Assembly: GCA_035531435.1 (NCBI GenBank)
Contig: DATKSW010000041.1
Coordinates: 2,858-66,857, forward strand
Direction: 5' to 3'
DNA length: 64,000 nucleotides
From: Steroidobacteraceae bacterium
GTDB lineage: Bacteria > Pseudomonadota > Gammaproteobacteria > Steroidobacterales > Steroidobacteraceae
Shown here: piece by piece, positions 9,731-19,350 of the stretch
Layout: every line of letters starts with the position of its first letter
Numbering within the stretch: the first letter of the stretch is position 1
Position numbers and translations under genes: made by a program
Notes under the pieces: model-generated
What the model was told of the DNA's origin: nothing
What the model saw: the letters and a program-made list of their open reading frames with translations, nothing else
Database searches by the model: none

Positions 9731-12101
9731 CGATCGCCGACCGCCGCGCCAACAGCGCCGAGAAGATCAATGCGAGGAACGCCCCCGGCGCGACCGTCAT
9801 GCCGAGATCTTGGAGTACCGGCACCTTTGACAAGGACAACAAGCCGAAGCCGATCACCGTGGCCGCGTTGGCGATCGCCAAGGAGCCGATCGTGGAGGCG
9901 GCGGAGCCGTCGACCGCGGCGCCGTGGCGATCGAAGAACAGTGCGTAATTGGAGCCGACGGCGACGATCAACAGCATGCCGACCAGGTGCAGGATCGTCA
10001 GGCGCAGGCCGGCGAGCTCGAGCGCCGCCGTCACGGCCAGCACTGCGAGCACGAGAGGTGCGAGCACGCGCGCCGCGCGCGCGGGCGAACGCAACGCGAT
10101 GCACAGCAACAAGGCGATCGCGCCGAAGCCGACCGCCGACGCGCGCTGCGCGTTCCTCATATAGCCGGCGTACAGCGCATCGGCTTGCGCTTTGATATCG
10201 AGCGCCACGGCGCCGCCGCCGAGCGCGCGGCGTACACGATCGATATTGATTGCGGCGACGCGTCCGGCGACGAGCGGCGGATGCAGCGGCAACAGCGCAT
10301 ACCATTTCCCCCGGCTTTGCAGCATCAATTCATCCAATCCAAGCGCCATCGACGTGCCGGCCAGGTCCGCGGGAGTCAATGCCGGCGCCTTGCGCGCAGC
10401 CGCGATGTCGTGCAAGAACGGCGCGAGCCGGGCGGCGCGCAGCGGTAGTCCGGCGGTAGCGCGTCGCAGGTTCGCCGCCAAGGAAACGGTGTCCGGCAGA
10501 CTCGAGCGGCGCGCTGCCTGTGTCGCGAGACTCGGCATGTAGACTGCGGGGCTGTCGAAGCCGCCAATGACGCCGGCGCCGGCCAAACGCGACAGCGTCG
10601 CACCGGCCCGTTCGGCGCCGCGCAAGGCGGCTTGCAGGTCCCCGCCGCCGGCGACGACGATGTCGCCGACGTCGGCGGCGCCGAGATCGGCGCGCAGCGC
10701 GGCGTCGAAATTTCTATCCGCGGCCGATATCGGACTCAATGCCGCCAGATCGCGATTCCACAGGCGGCCGTGATGCAGCCAGAGCACCAGCAGCGAGCCG
10801 ATCATGATCGCGGCGCCGAGGCCGCGCGAGAGCCCGGCGCGCGGCAGCCGCGCACGCAGCGCTTCTCCGAGCGGCGCTACATTGCGCAGCGGCAAGCGCG
10901 CCGGCAGCAAGCGCGGCAGAACGAAGCGCGTCGTCCAGGCGGCGGCCGCCAGGCCGCTGATCGAATACACGCCGAGCTGTGCGAGGCCCGGGAAGCCGGA
11001 CGGCAACAACGAGGCGAAGCCGCAGATGGAAGTCAGTGCGCCGAGGCGCACGGTCGGCCAAAACAGGCGGCGCCAGCGCTCCTGGGCGCCGCCGGCCGCG
11101 GCATCGCCGGATTGAATGAAGAAATAGATCGAATAGTCCACCGCTTCGCCGATCAGGGTAATGCCGAAGCCCAGGGTTACGCCCTGCACTTCCCCGAAGA
11201 TCAGCGCGACCGCCGCGACTCCGGTGAGCGCCCCGGTGACGACCGGCACCAGCCCGAGCAGGACCGCCGGCAGCGAACGATATACGGCAAGCAGCAAGGT
11301 GATGACCAGTGCGCCGCCGAGGATCGAAAGCCGCAGCGCCGCGCGCTCGATTTTCGCGCGGGCGGCGACCGCGAACACGCCCGGGCCGCTGACGCGCAAA
11401 TGCGCGCCGTTGCCCGCCGCTGCCTGCGCAGGCGCCGAGGTTGCGCGCACGGCGCGGCGGAATGCGCGGCGGATCGCCGCGAGTGCATGCTGCTGCGCGT
11501 CGGTGTCGGAGCCCGCCGCGCGGGTTTCGGCGACCAGAAGAGCGCGCTCGTCGGCGGCAGAGACCCAAACCCCGTCCGCGCTGCGCGGCGCGGTTCCGCG
11601 CTCCAATTGTTCGACGAGCTGCAGCATCTCTCCGGTCGGATCGCGCGGCAGCAGCGATTTCAGCCAAAGTCCCGCGGGCGAAGTCAGGGCATCGATCGTC
11701 GTCTCGATGGCGGCGTGCAATCCTTCGGCCGTGAAGCGCTGCGGCGTGACCGCAGCGCTCAGCAGGTAGCGGTGCCGGAAGAGAAATTGCCGATCGTGTC
11801 GGCGGCTGACCGCGGCGCCGTTCTCGACGGAGAGAAATTCGCCGTCGCCGCGCAGCTGCTGCGCCAAGGCTTTCGACAGGCGCGCGCGCATCGGCGCATC
11901 CGCGCCCTCGACGGCGATCAAGATCACGCGCGATGCCGGTCCTTCGCGCAGCTGGTCGACCAACAATTGCTGATCGGCAGTCGGATGCGCCGGCAGGAAC
12001 GCCGACATATCGGCGATGTAGCGTGCCCGCGCGGCGAACAGCGCCGCCGCCGCGAGCAGCAGCAGCCACAGCGCGATCGGCGCCGCGCCGCGCAGTCTCA
12101 T
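9723..12101 (-). CDS. MMPL/RND-superfamily exporter (ApeM-like)
   Basis: 792 aa with two blocks of multiple TM helices. ATG 12101 makes an ATGA overlap with the upstream stop. The first 221 aa of the track ORF overlap the LolA-like gene and were rejected. Confidence 0.8.
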   Translation of the reverse strand: MRLRGAAPIALWLLLLAAAALFAARARYIADMSAFLPAHPTADQQLLVDQLREGPASRVILIAVEGADAPMRARLSKALAQQLRGDGEFLSVENGAAVSRRHDRQFLFRHRYLLSAAVTPQRFTAEGLHAAIETTIDALTSPAGLWLKSLLPRDPTGEMLQLVEQLERGTAPRSADGVWVSAADERALLVAETRAAGSDTDAQQHALAAIRRAFRRAVRATSAPAQAAAGNGAHLRVSGPGVFAVAARAKIERAALRLSILGGALVITLLLAVYRSLPAVLLGLVPVVTGALTGVAAVALIFGEVQGVTLGFGITLIGEAVDYSIYFFIQSGDAAAGGAQERWRRLFWPTVRLGALTSICGFASLLPSGFPGLAQLGVYSISGLAAAAWTTRFVLPRLLPARLPLRNVAPLGEALRARLPRAGLSRGLGAAIMIGSLLVLWLHHGRLWNRDLAALSPISAADRNFDAALRADLGAADVGDIVVAGGGDLQAALRGAERAGATLSRLAGAGVIGGFDSPAVYMPSLATQAARRSSLPDTVSLAANLRRATAGLPLRAARLAPFLHDIAAARKAPALTPADLAGTSMALGLDELMLQSRGKWYALLPLHPPLVAGRVAAINIDRVRRALGGGAVALDIKAQADALYAGYMRNAQRASAVGFGAIALLLCIALRSPARAARVLAPLVLAVLAVTAALELAGLRLTILHLVGMLLIVAVGSNYALFFDRHGAAVDGSAASTIGSLAIANAATVIGFGLLSLSKVPVLQDLGMTVAPGAFLALIFSALLARRSAIDA

Positions 12102-12667
12102 GGCGCGCCGCCATTCTCGATGCGCATCGACGAATGATCGCCGTCGGTCTGCCGGATCTCGACGCGCAGTAGATCGCCGCCCGCGCCGTCGATGCGAATC
12201 TGCGATACGGCGCGGGCGAGCGCGGCGGACTTCGGCGTCAATAACAGGGTCCAGCGGCGCACGTCGCCGCGGAAGGTGATCGCGAACGCATGCGCGAGCG
12301 CCGGGCGGTTTCCCGCCAGGGTGTCGCGAAGGCTGTCGATAAAGGGCGCGATCTGCGGGTAGGCGCGCAAATCGAGCACACGTCGCCGGCCTCCGTGGTC
12401 GACGATCAATCGCTCTCCAGCGACGATCATGCTCTCGCGGCGCGGCTGCAGCGTGCGCTGCTCGAGGCGGTCGGGCGCGTCGTAGAGCAACTCGCCGCGC
12501 GACTCCAGCGGGCGATCGAGAACCGCGAGATATTGGCGCTCGACGAAGCGCGCCTGCCGATGCCGCTGCGCGCCGAGCAAGTGCATGACCCGCTGCAGAT
12601 CGCCGTCGGCGGCCGCGCCGCACAACGCGAGCCAGGCAAGCGCGGCGAAGGCGAGGCGCTGGCGCAT
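12098..12667 (-). CDS. LolA-like outer-membrane lipoprotein carrier protein (ApeL-like)
   Basis: Signal peptide MRQRLAFAALAWLALCGAAA. Size and position between acyltransferase and MMPL gene match aryl-polyene clusters. Confidence 0.65.
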   Translation of the reverse strand: MRQRLAFAALAWLALCGAAADGDLQRVMHLLGAQRHRQARFVERQYLAVLDRPLESRGELLYDAPDRLEQRTLQPRRESMIVAGERLIVDHGGRRRVLDLRAYPQIAPFIDSLRDTLAGNRPALAHAFAITFRGDVRRWTLLLTPKSAALARAVSQIRIDGAGGDLLRVEIRQTDGDHSSMRIENGGAP

Positions 12668-13605
12668 CACTGCTCGGCGCGATCGGCGCGCGTGGCCCAG
12701 AAGTCGAAGAAGTTGAACCAATTGTACGGATCCGCGCGGCAGCAGGCGTCGAGCAGCGCCGCATAGCGCGCCAGTGCGGCGGCTACCGCCGGCGCGCGCG
12801 CGGCGCCGCGCACGCCGGCAAAGTCGGCGATCGGAGAGAAGACGACGTGGTAGCGATTGCCGCCGCGGTACAGGGCCGCCATGAAGATCACGGGGCTGCC
12901 GAGGATGGCGGCGGTGCGCATCGGGCCCGTCGGCAAATAGGCGCGTTCGCCGAGCAGCGTCGCCGCTTGCACGGGCTCGTTGCCGAGAGTGCGGTCGCCG
13001 AGGATGCCGACGAAGCAGCCGGCGGCGAGGCGCTCGGCAATTTGCAGCATCGCGTCTATCCGGCCGAGCGCCACGATCTCGGGCGTCGCCGCCGGATTGA
13101 TCGCAGAGAAGATGCGCTTGACCTTGTGGGCGTTCTCCTCGTACATGGCCATCACCGCCCGCAAGCCCGGCTCGCGTCTAGCGAGCGCGCCGATCACCTC
13201 GAAGCTGCCCATATGGGCGCCGATCAACACCGCGCCGCGACCGGAATGCAATTGCGCGCGCATCGTCGCCGCGCCGTCGATGGAAATCTCGAACAGATGC
13301 TCGCGATCGTTGAGCAGAAACACGCGGTCGTGGATGGTCGACGCGAAATACAGCAAATGGCGAAATCGGTCGCCAGCCGTCGGCCGGCGGCCCAACGCCA
13401 GGCCGAGGTAGCGGCGCGCAGCGACGCGCGCCTTGGGCGCGAATAGGAAGAAATACGCGGCGATCGCATACAAAGCGCCGCGGCTGATGCGCCGGCCGAG
13501 GCGCATCGACACGAATACCATGAGCCGCAAGAGCCGCAGGCTGCCGCGCTCGGGGCTGTCCAGCCACGCGGCGCGTCTTGCACTCTTGGCCGGCGCGAGC
13601 TGCAT
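12667..13605 (-). CDS. LpxL/HtrB-family lipid acyltransferase
   Basis: N-terminal TM segment, then GAVLIGAHMGSFE and overall lauroyl/myristoyl acyltransferase-like layout. Confidence 0.75.
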   Translation of the reverse strand: MQLAPAKSARRAAWLDSPERGSLRLLRLMVFVSMRLGRRISRGALYAIAAYFFLFAPKARVAARRYLGLALGRRPTAGDRFRHLLYFASTIHDRVFLLNDREHLFEISIDGAATMRAQLHSGRGAVLIGAHMGSFEVIGALARREPGLRAVMAMYEENAHKVKRIFSAINPAATPEIVALGRIDAMLQIAERLAAGCFVGILGDRTLGNEPVQAATLLGERAYLPTGPMRTAAILGSPVIFMAALYRGGNRYHVVFSPIADFAGVRGAARAPAVAAALARYAALLDACCRADPYNWFNFFDFWATRADRAEQ

Positions 13606-13611
13606 CGTCTC

Positions 13612-13947
13612 TCAGAGCGCCGAGGCGCCGCGCCGCGCCGCAGCGAGGACGCCGGCGGCGACCGTGCGCTCTTCGCAGCGGACCGTAAAGCGGATCGAGC
13701 CGTCGGCGAGAGCGGTGAATTCGACCGACAGCGGATCGGCCGGACGCACCGGGCCCAGGAATTTGCAGCTGCGGATGTCGACGGGGGCATGCACAAATGG
13801 GGGACTGGATTCGAGTTCATGCAGTACCGCGTCGAGCAATACCGCGCCTGGCAGGATGGGCGTGCCGGGAAAATGCCCCTGATACGACGCATGATCGGCG
13901 GCGATGCGTAGTTCGCGGACGCGGCGCTCGGCGGGTTCGGCGGTCAT
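13612..13947 (-). CDS. FabZ/FabA-like hotdog dehydratase (ApeP-like)
   Basis: HFPGTPILPGAVLLDA motif, 111 aa. Confidence 0.7.
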   Translation of the reverse strand: MTAEPAERRVRELRIAADHASYQGHFPGTPILPGAVLLDAVLHELESSPPFVHAPVDIRSCKFLGPVRPADPLSVEFTALADGSIRFTVRCEERTVAAGVLAAARRGASAL

Positions 13948-13954
13948 CCTGCGC

Positions 13955-15289
13955 CTACTTCGATTTTGCGGCGAGCAACCGCAGTTCGCGGTAGGGCAGC
14001 TTGCCGGTCGCGTTGCGCGGCAAGCGCTCGACGAGCAGCAGCGGGCGCGGCAAAAAGGCGGGGTCGACGCGTTCGCGCAGCTGCGCGAGCAGCTCCGCCG
14101 CGTTCAGTGTCGGTGCAACCACCGCAGCGGCGAGGCGTGTGACCCCGGTCGTTCCGGCGCCTCGCGGGTCGCCCGGGAAAAACGCGCCGTCGACGACCCC
14201 CGGTATCGCATTCAGCTGATGATCGAGGTAGGCGAACGAGCTGCGCTTGCCGGCGATGTTCACCAAGTCCGCGGTTCGCCCGTGCAGCAGGAATTCGCCG
14301 TTAATAAGCGGTTCGACGACATCGCACAGGGCGGTGCGCTGTTCCAGGTGTCCGCCTAGCGCAAAGGTGCAGTCGGCGCTGCGGCTGAGGTGCACGCCGG
14401 GCCACAAACGCCAGGCGTTCACTTCAGCCGTGCGCCGCGACGCGATTTGACCGGTTTCGGTCGACCCGTATATCTCGATCAGTGCGGTATCGAAGCGCCG
14501 TTCGATCTTTGCCGCAAGATCGGCGCCGAGCGGTGCGGTCGCCGACACGACCAAATCGGCCGCCGCCAGTTCGACGCCGGCGGCGAGCAACGCGCGCAAA
14601 TGGACCGGCGTTGAAACGAGTACGCGGGGGCGCGGCGCCGCGGCGATCGCCGCGGCCACGTCGGCCGGGTAGAACGGGCGCTCGGCGATCAGCGCATTGC
14701 CGCTCTGCAGCGCCAACAAGACGGTCGATTCGAACCCATACATGTGTTGCGGCGGTACGGTGCCGAGCAGCGCATGCGAGCGGCCGTCGTCGATTTTCAG
14801 CCGCTTCGCCTCGTCGCGCACGCAGGCGGCGAGGCGCCCCCAGGTCTTGCGGTGCGGCAGCGGCGTGCCGGTGGTTCCGGAGGTAAAGACGATCGCCGCC
14901 AATCGGTCGGCGTCGATCGTCGGGACGCGCCAGGGCGCTGCCGCCGCCGCCAAATCGTCGGGGTAGAGGAACTGCGGCAGGTCGATATCTTGGCGCGGAT
15001 CATCGGTCAAGCAGAGCGTATCCGGAGCAAATGCCGCGAGCTGCCTGACGACACCCGGCGTATGGGTCGACGGCAGGAGCGTCGAGCGCTCGCCGAGCAG
15101 GCAGGCGGCGAAACCGACCGCAAATCGATAGCGGTCCGCGCAGACGTTGAGCACGTGCCGTGCCGGGGGAAGGCGCAGGGCGAGGCTGCGCACGTCGCAG
15201 AGAAATTCATGCGCCGTGACCGCAAACCCTCCGCGCCAGGCGAGGACCGCGGCCGGCGAGCTATGCGTAAGGAGCGGAACGGCAGCCAT
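13955..15289 (-). CDS. AMP-dependent synthetase/ligase (aryl/acyl-ACP or CoA ligase)
   Basis: FTSGTTGTP AMP-binding motif, YGSTETG, C-terminal LPRNATGKLP. Confidence 0.85.
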   Translation of the reverse strand: MAAVPLLTHSSPAAVLAWRGGFAVTAHEFLCDVRSLALRLPPARHVLNVCADRYRFAVGFAACLLGERSTLLPSTHTPGVVRQLAAFAPDTLCLTDDPRQDIDLPQFLYPDDLAAAAAPWRVPTIDADRLAAIVFTSGTTGTPLPHRKTWGRLAACVRDEAKRLKIDDGRSHALLGTVPPQHMYGFESTVLLALQSGNALIAERPFYPADVAAAIAAAPRPRVLVSTPVHLRALLAAGVELAAADLVVSATAPLGADLAAKIERRFDTALIEIYGSTETGQIASRRTAEVNAWRLWPGVHLSRSADCTFALGGHLEQRTALCDVVEPLINGEFLLHGRTADLVNIAGKRSSFAYLDHQLNAIPGVVDGAFFPGDPRGAGTTGVTRLAAAVVAPTLNAAELLAQLRERVDPAFLPRPLLLVERLPRNATGKLPYRELRLLAAKSK

Positions 15290-15292
15290 CGC

Positions 15293-15610
15293 TCACTTGG
15301 TCCTCTGCGCGGCGATATATTGCGCCAGTTGCCCGAGTGAGCCGAATATATGCCGATTGTCTTCGCTGTTGGCGCGCAGCTGGATGCCGTATTGTTTCGA
15401 CAAGATCAGCGCGATTTCCAGAATGTCGATCGAATCGAGGCCAAGACCATCGCCGTAGAGCGGGGCCTGCGGGTCTATGTCTTCGGCAGCGACTTCCAGG
15501 TTCAATGCTTGCACGAAGAGCGCGGCGATTTCACGCTGCAGACCGGCATCGGCCAGCGGCGCCGGCTCCTGCTTAAGCGACGCTTTGTCGGTGATTGGCT
15601 GGATTTTCAC
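15293..15610 (-). CDS. Acyl carrier protein
   Basis: LGLDSIDILEIA phosphopantetheine-attachment motif. GTG 15610 proposed; the start is uncertain. Confidence 0.75.
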   Translation of the reverse strand: MKIQPITDKASLKQEPAPLADAGLQREIAALFVQALNLEVAAEDIDPQAPLYGDGLGLDSIDILEIALILSKQYGIQLRANSEDNRHIFGSLGQLAQYIAAQRTK

Positions 15611-15633
15611 TGCGCTTGCGCACCTCTCGGGAA

Positions 15634-16407
15634 TTATAATGGAATGCCCCGGCCGCGCATCCGCCGCGCGGCGAGCAGGGGCGATCGGCAGACGAAGCCG
15701 CATAATAGACGCAGGTGCATCCACGTCAGCAATGCGTTATCCCGCCAATAGCGGAAGTGTGACACACCGCCCTGGTCGACGGAAAAATATCGAACGGCCG
15801 CCGGCATGTTGATCGGCCGCACGCCGCGCCAGCAAAGCCGCACAGCGGCTTCGGCGTCGAAATCGAAGCGGCGCATCCAGCGCTGACGGCGCATCACCGC
15901 GAGCAGTGCGCCGATCGGATAAACGCGGAAGCCGAACAGCGAATCGCCGATTCCCGCCCATAAGGTTTCCAGATCGGCCAAGCCATTGGAGATCTTTCGG
16001 CCCTTGACGCGCAATGCCGGCGCGCTCGCGTCGAATACCGGCCGACCGAGAATCATCGCCTCCGGCGCGGCCGCGGATGCGGCCATGAAAGCGGGGATTC
16101 GATCCGCCGGATGCTGACCGTCGGAGTCCATCGCGAGCGCGTGCGTGAACCCCGCGTCCGCGGCGATGCGCATGCCGTGGAGTATCGCCGCACCCTTGCC
16201 GCGATTTCGCGCCACGACGAGCACGCGCAGTCCGGCATCGGCGGCCGCCATCGCCAACAGCGCTTCTGCGGATCGATCGGTGCTGCCGTCGACGACGATC
16301 CAGACCGGGTCCCAATAGCGGCGCGCGTCGCGGACCGCCTGGTATGCATTGGGTCCCGGGTTGTAGCTCGGAATCAAGACCAGGTGCGTCGCGGAAGCTT
16401 CCGGCAT
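15634..16407 (-). CDS. Family 2 glycosyltransferase
   Basis: LIPSYNPG..., VVDGSTDRS, MDSDGQH (DxD-type) motifs. Confidence 0.8.
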   Translation of the reverse strand: MPEASATHLVLIPSYNPGPNAYQAVRDARRYWDPVWIVVDGSTDRSAEALLAMAAADAGLRVLVVARNRGKGAAILHGMRIAADAGFTHALAMDSDGQHPADRIPAFMAASAAAPEAMILGRPVFDASAPALRVKGRKISNGLADLETLWAGIGDSLFGFRVYPIGALLAVMRRQRWMRRFDFDAEAAVRLCWRGVRPINMPAAVRYFSVDQGGVSHFRYWRDNALLTWMHLRLLCGFVCRSPLLAARRMRGRGIPL

Positions 16408-16410
16408 GGC

Positions 16411-17175
16411 TTATCGACTGGTGAGCCAGCGCGACTGCGGCGCTTCCTCTAGCGCCTCTCGAAAGTAGCGATCGAGCTCGCAGGCGAGCTCGGTCGGGTC
16501 AGCAGGCGGCGGAAAGCGCTTGCCGAGCCGCACTCGATAGGTGATCGGCAGAGCGGGCCGGCGCAGCAGCGGCCATCCTTTGCTCAAAAAGGGCGAATCC
16601 GTTTCGATCAGCAGAGTCTGCACCGGCACGTCGGCGCGTTTGGCGATCAAGCCGATGCTCGCCGACAGTGCATTGATCGGCAATCGAGTCGTGCGGGTAC
16701 CTTCGGGAAACATCAGCAGCACGCCGCCGCGGCGCAGATGCCGCATGGATTGCTTGACCATCCGCAGCGGCGAGTCATTTTTCACGTAGCGTGCCAGTCT
16801 CGAGCCTGCGCCGAGGAAGGGGCTTTTCATCAATTCGGATTTCATCACGCAGGTGACGTTCGGATGGCGCGTCAGAATCAACAGCGCATCGATCAGCGAA
16901 GGATGATTCGGCGCCAGAATCAGCGAGGATGCCTCCCGCAACTCGTCCATTTCGCGCAGATCCAGCCGATAGGCGCCGCTGAATGTCAGGGTCCAGGCGT
17001 ACGCCCGAAAACCAAGCATTATTCCATAGCGTCCGCAGGCGGTGCCACTTTTCTCCGGGAGTACGAAATACAGCGGCAGCGCGAGCGCGGTCCACGCGAG
17101 GCAAATGACCGCGAGCAGCATGAGCGAGGCATACAGTGCGAGGGTGCCGTAGACGGTTCGCAATGCGCGCAGCAT
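16411..17175 (-). CDS. 1-acyl-sn-glycerol-3-phosphate (lysophospholipid) acyltransferase, PlsC-like
   Basis: NHPSLID (HxxxxD) and FPEGTRT motifs, N-terminal TM segment. Confidence 0.8.
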   Translation of the reverse strand: MLRALRTVYGTLALYASLMLLAVICLAWTALALPLYFVLPEKSGTACGRYGIMLGFRAYAWTLTFSGAYRLDLREMDELREASSLILAPNHPSLIDALLILTRHPNVTCVMKSELMKSPFLGAGSRLARYVKNDSPLRMVKQSMRHLRRGGVLLMFPEGTRTTRLPINALSASIGLIAKRADVPVQTLLIETDSPFLSKGWPLLRRPALPITYRVRLGKRFPPPADPTELACELDRYFREALEEAPQSRWLTSR

Positions 17176-17199
17176 GGGTGTCCGCGAAGCGGCGCCCGC

Positions 17200-18588
17200 T
17201 CAGTCGCCGGCGGCCGATGCCGAGTCAAGCGGCCGGATGTTGCGGCGGCGGCGGCGCGCCGCGCGCAGGGTCGACGGCAAATGCAGGATGCAGACCGCGT
17301 AATAGAGAACCTTGAATGCGCGCAGCGATGGCCAGATCGGCGTGCTGCCGTAGATATCGCCGGCAAGCAGCGACAACAGCGCCTCTTGCATGCGCAGCAG
17401 ATTGCGCGGTCCCAAGAAAAGCTCGCGCATGGCCGGCGTCGTCACCCGGTAGATGAACCAGGAGAATTGTCGCGGACCGCGCCGCATCAATCGGTCGAAG
17501 CGCTTCAGCGCAATGTTTCGCGTCGCTGGATCCTTGCGGCAGCCGTCGATCGTCTCGGCGACGGCCATGCCGCTCTGCATCGCCATCATGACCCCAGAGG
17601 AGAACACCGGGTCGATGAACGCGTACGCATCGCCGATCAGAAAATAATTCCCGGCGTGCGCATGGTCGCAGCAATACGAGTAGTTGCCGGTCGCCTCCAC
17701 CTCGGTAAGCAAGCTTGCGCCCGCGAGCCGCTCGGCGAGCGGCGGGCATGTGGCTATCGACGCGAGAAAGAAGTCGGCAAGCGTGCCGCTGCGCTTTTTC
17801 ATGTACCGCGGCCAGACGACCGCGCCGACGCTGGTCGCCCCGTCGGCGAGCGGGATGTACCAGAACCAGCCATGGTCGAACCAAAAGATCGAGATGTGCC
17901 CGGCGCGCTTGCCGGTGTCGCGGAACGCACCGGCAAAGTGCGCATAGATCGCCGCGCTGTTGTGGCGCCGATTGCGCCGTTTGACGCGCAGCTGGCTGCC
18001 CAGCAGCGTATCGCGGCCGGAGGCGTCGACGACGCAGTCCGCGCGCCAGCAATGCGGCGTGCCGTCCTCGTCGGTCGCGAGCACGCGCACGCCCTGGCGG
18101 CCGTCAGCAAGGTCGACGCGCCGCACGCAGCAGCCTTCGCGCACCTCGGCGCCGAGCGCGGCCGCGCGCCTGATCAGGATTTCGTCGAATTCGGAGCGCC
18201 TGACGTGGAAGGCAAAAGGGAGCGATTTGTTCCAGGCGAAGGAAAATTCGAACTCCTGGCTCCTGCCGTCCTGCGCCGAAACGAATTCGGCGCCCCATTT
18301 CTGCATGCCGATTGCGCGCACCTCGGCGCCGACGCCGAAGATCTCCAGCAGAGGCAGGTTGGCCGGCAATAGCGACTCGCCGATGTGAAAGCGCGGATGA
18401 CGCGCCTTTTCCAGCAGCACGACGCGATAGCCGCGCGCCGCGAGCATACCGGCCGCGGTGGCGCCGGCGGGACCGCCGCCGATGACGAGTATCTCGCAGC
18501 ACAGGGCGGCGGCGGACGCCGGCGTATCGACGCTGCGCCCGAGCCCGAGCCCGAATGCATCGGCTTGCGGCGTCATCCCCGTCGTCAT
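17200..18588 (-). CDS. FAD-dependent halogenase-like oxidoreductase
   Basis: VIGGGPAG dinucleotide fold, WFWYIP (WxWxIP, nt 17851-17868) and FIDPVFSSG (FxxPxxSxG) motifs. Confidence 0.75.
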   Translation of the reverse strand: MTTGMTPQADAFGLGLGRSVDTPASAAALCCEILVIGGGPAGATAAGMLAARGYRVVLLEKARHPRFHIGESLLPANLPLLEIFGVGAEVRAIGMQKWGAEFVSAQDGRSQEFEFSFAWNKSLPFAFHVRRSEFDEILIRRAAALGAEVREGCCVRRVDLADGRQGVRVLATDEDGTPHCWRADCVVDASGRDTLLGSQLRVKRRNRRHNSAAIYAHFAGAFRDTGKRAGHISIFWFDHGWFWYIPLADGATSVGAVVWPRYMKKRSGTLADFFLASIATCPPLAERLAGASLLTEVEATGNYSYCCDHAHAGNYFLIGDAYAFIDPVFSSGVMMAMQSGMAVAETIDGCRKDPATRNIALKRFDRLMRRGPRQFSWFIYRVTTPAMRELFLGPRNLLRMQEALLSLLAGDIYGSTPIWPSLRAFKVLYYAVCILHLPSTLRAARRRRRNIRPLDSASAAGD

Positions 18589-18666
18589 AGATTGCCGAGT
18601 CTATCTTGCCGTCCGACGCCGGTCCAACGGCCCCGCGCGAGGCCGAGGTCTGTAAAATGATCCGCC

Positions 18667-19350
18667 ATGCACATATTGATCGTTGAAGATGACCAGATTG
18701 CCCGCGATTACCTCGCCAAAGCGCTGCGCGAAGTCGGCCATAGCGTCGATGTTGCCGTGAACGGACTCGAAGGGCTGCATCTGGCTTCCTCGGTCGCGCT
18801 GGATCTGGCGATCGTCGACCGCATGCTGCCGAAACTCGACGGACTGGCGTTGGTGCAGTCGCTGCGCGCCACCGGACGCAAACTGCCGGTTCTGATCCTG
18901 AGCGCGCTCGGCGACGTGGACGACCGCATCACCGGCTTGCGCGCCGGCGGCGACGATTATTTGACCAAGCCATATCACATGTCCGAGTTGATGGCGCGCA
19001 TCGACGCGCTCGCCCGCCGCGGCGAGCTCGGCAGCGCCGAGGCGGCGACCAAGCTGAAGCTGGCCGACCTCGAACTCGATCGCATGACGCGCCGCGTCAT
19101 GCGCGGCGGCAAGAAGATCGAGCTGACGGCGCGCGAATTCCAGCTGTTGGAGTTCATGATGCGCCACAGCGGACAAGTGGTGACGCGCACGATGCTGCTC
19201 GAGGGGGTGTGGGACTATCATTTCGACCCGCAAACCAACGTCATCGATGTGCACATCAGCCGCCTGCGCCAAGCGATCGACAAGGATTTCGACAAGCCAT
19301 TGCTGCACACGGTGCGCGGCGCCGGCTATAGCCTGAGCGAAGACGAGTAG
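18667..19350 (+). CDS. OmpR-family response regulator
   Basis: Receiver domain (ILIVEDD, DLAIVDRMLPKLDG, KP) plus winged-helix C-terminus (LTAREFQLLEF..., TVRGAGY). Confidence 0.9.
   Translation: MHILIVEDDQIARDYLAKALREVGHSVDVAVNGLEGLHLASSVALDLAIVDRMLPKLDGLALVQSLRATGRKLPVLILSALGDVDDRITGLRAGGDDYLTKPYHMSELMARIDALARRGELGSAEAATKLKLADLELDRMTRRVMRGGKKIELTAREFQLLEFMMRHSGQVVTRTMLLEGVWDYHFDPQTNVIDVHISRLRQAIDKDFDKPLLHTVRGAGYSLSEDE

Noticed and set aside
12102-12764. N-terminal extensions offered by the longest-ORF track: the MMPL gene (first 221 aa), the ApeI-like dehydratase (6886-7617), the beta-propeller (40096-40566), the adaptor (54499-55134), fghA (51511-51855), xoxF (41934-42002) and others.
   Set aside because: The extensions overlap the upstream genes in another frame and are Arg-rich. 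The internal starts I chose give signal peptides, SD sequences or ATGA/GTGA coupling with the upstream stop.
16738-18372. 544-aa plus-strand ORF antisense to the halogenase and PlsC genes. Similar long antisense ORFs lie at 992-2278, 10632-12137, 42345-44075, 43694-45874 and 60824-63205.
   Set aside because: These are Arg/Ala/Gly/Pro-rich, low-complexity translations with no recognisable motifs. Each lies fully opposite a gene with clear family signatures. Such frames are expected as stop-codon-poor artefacts in very GC-rich DNA.
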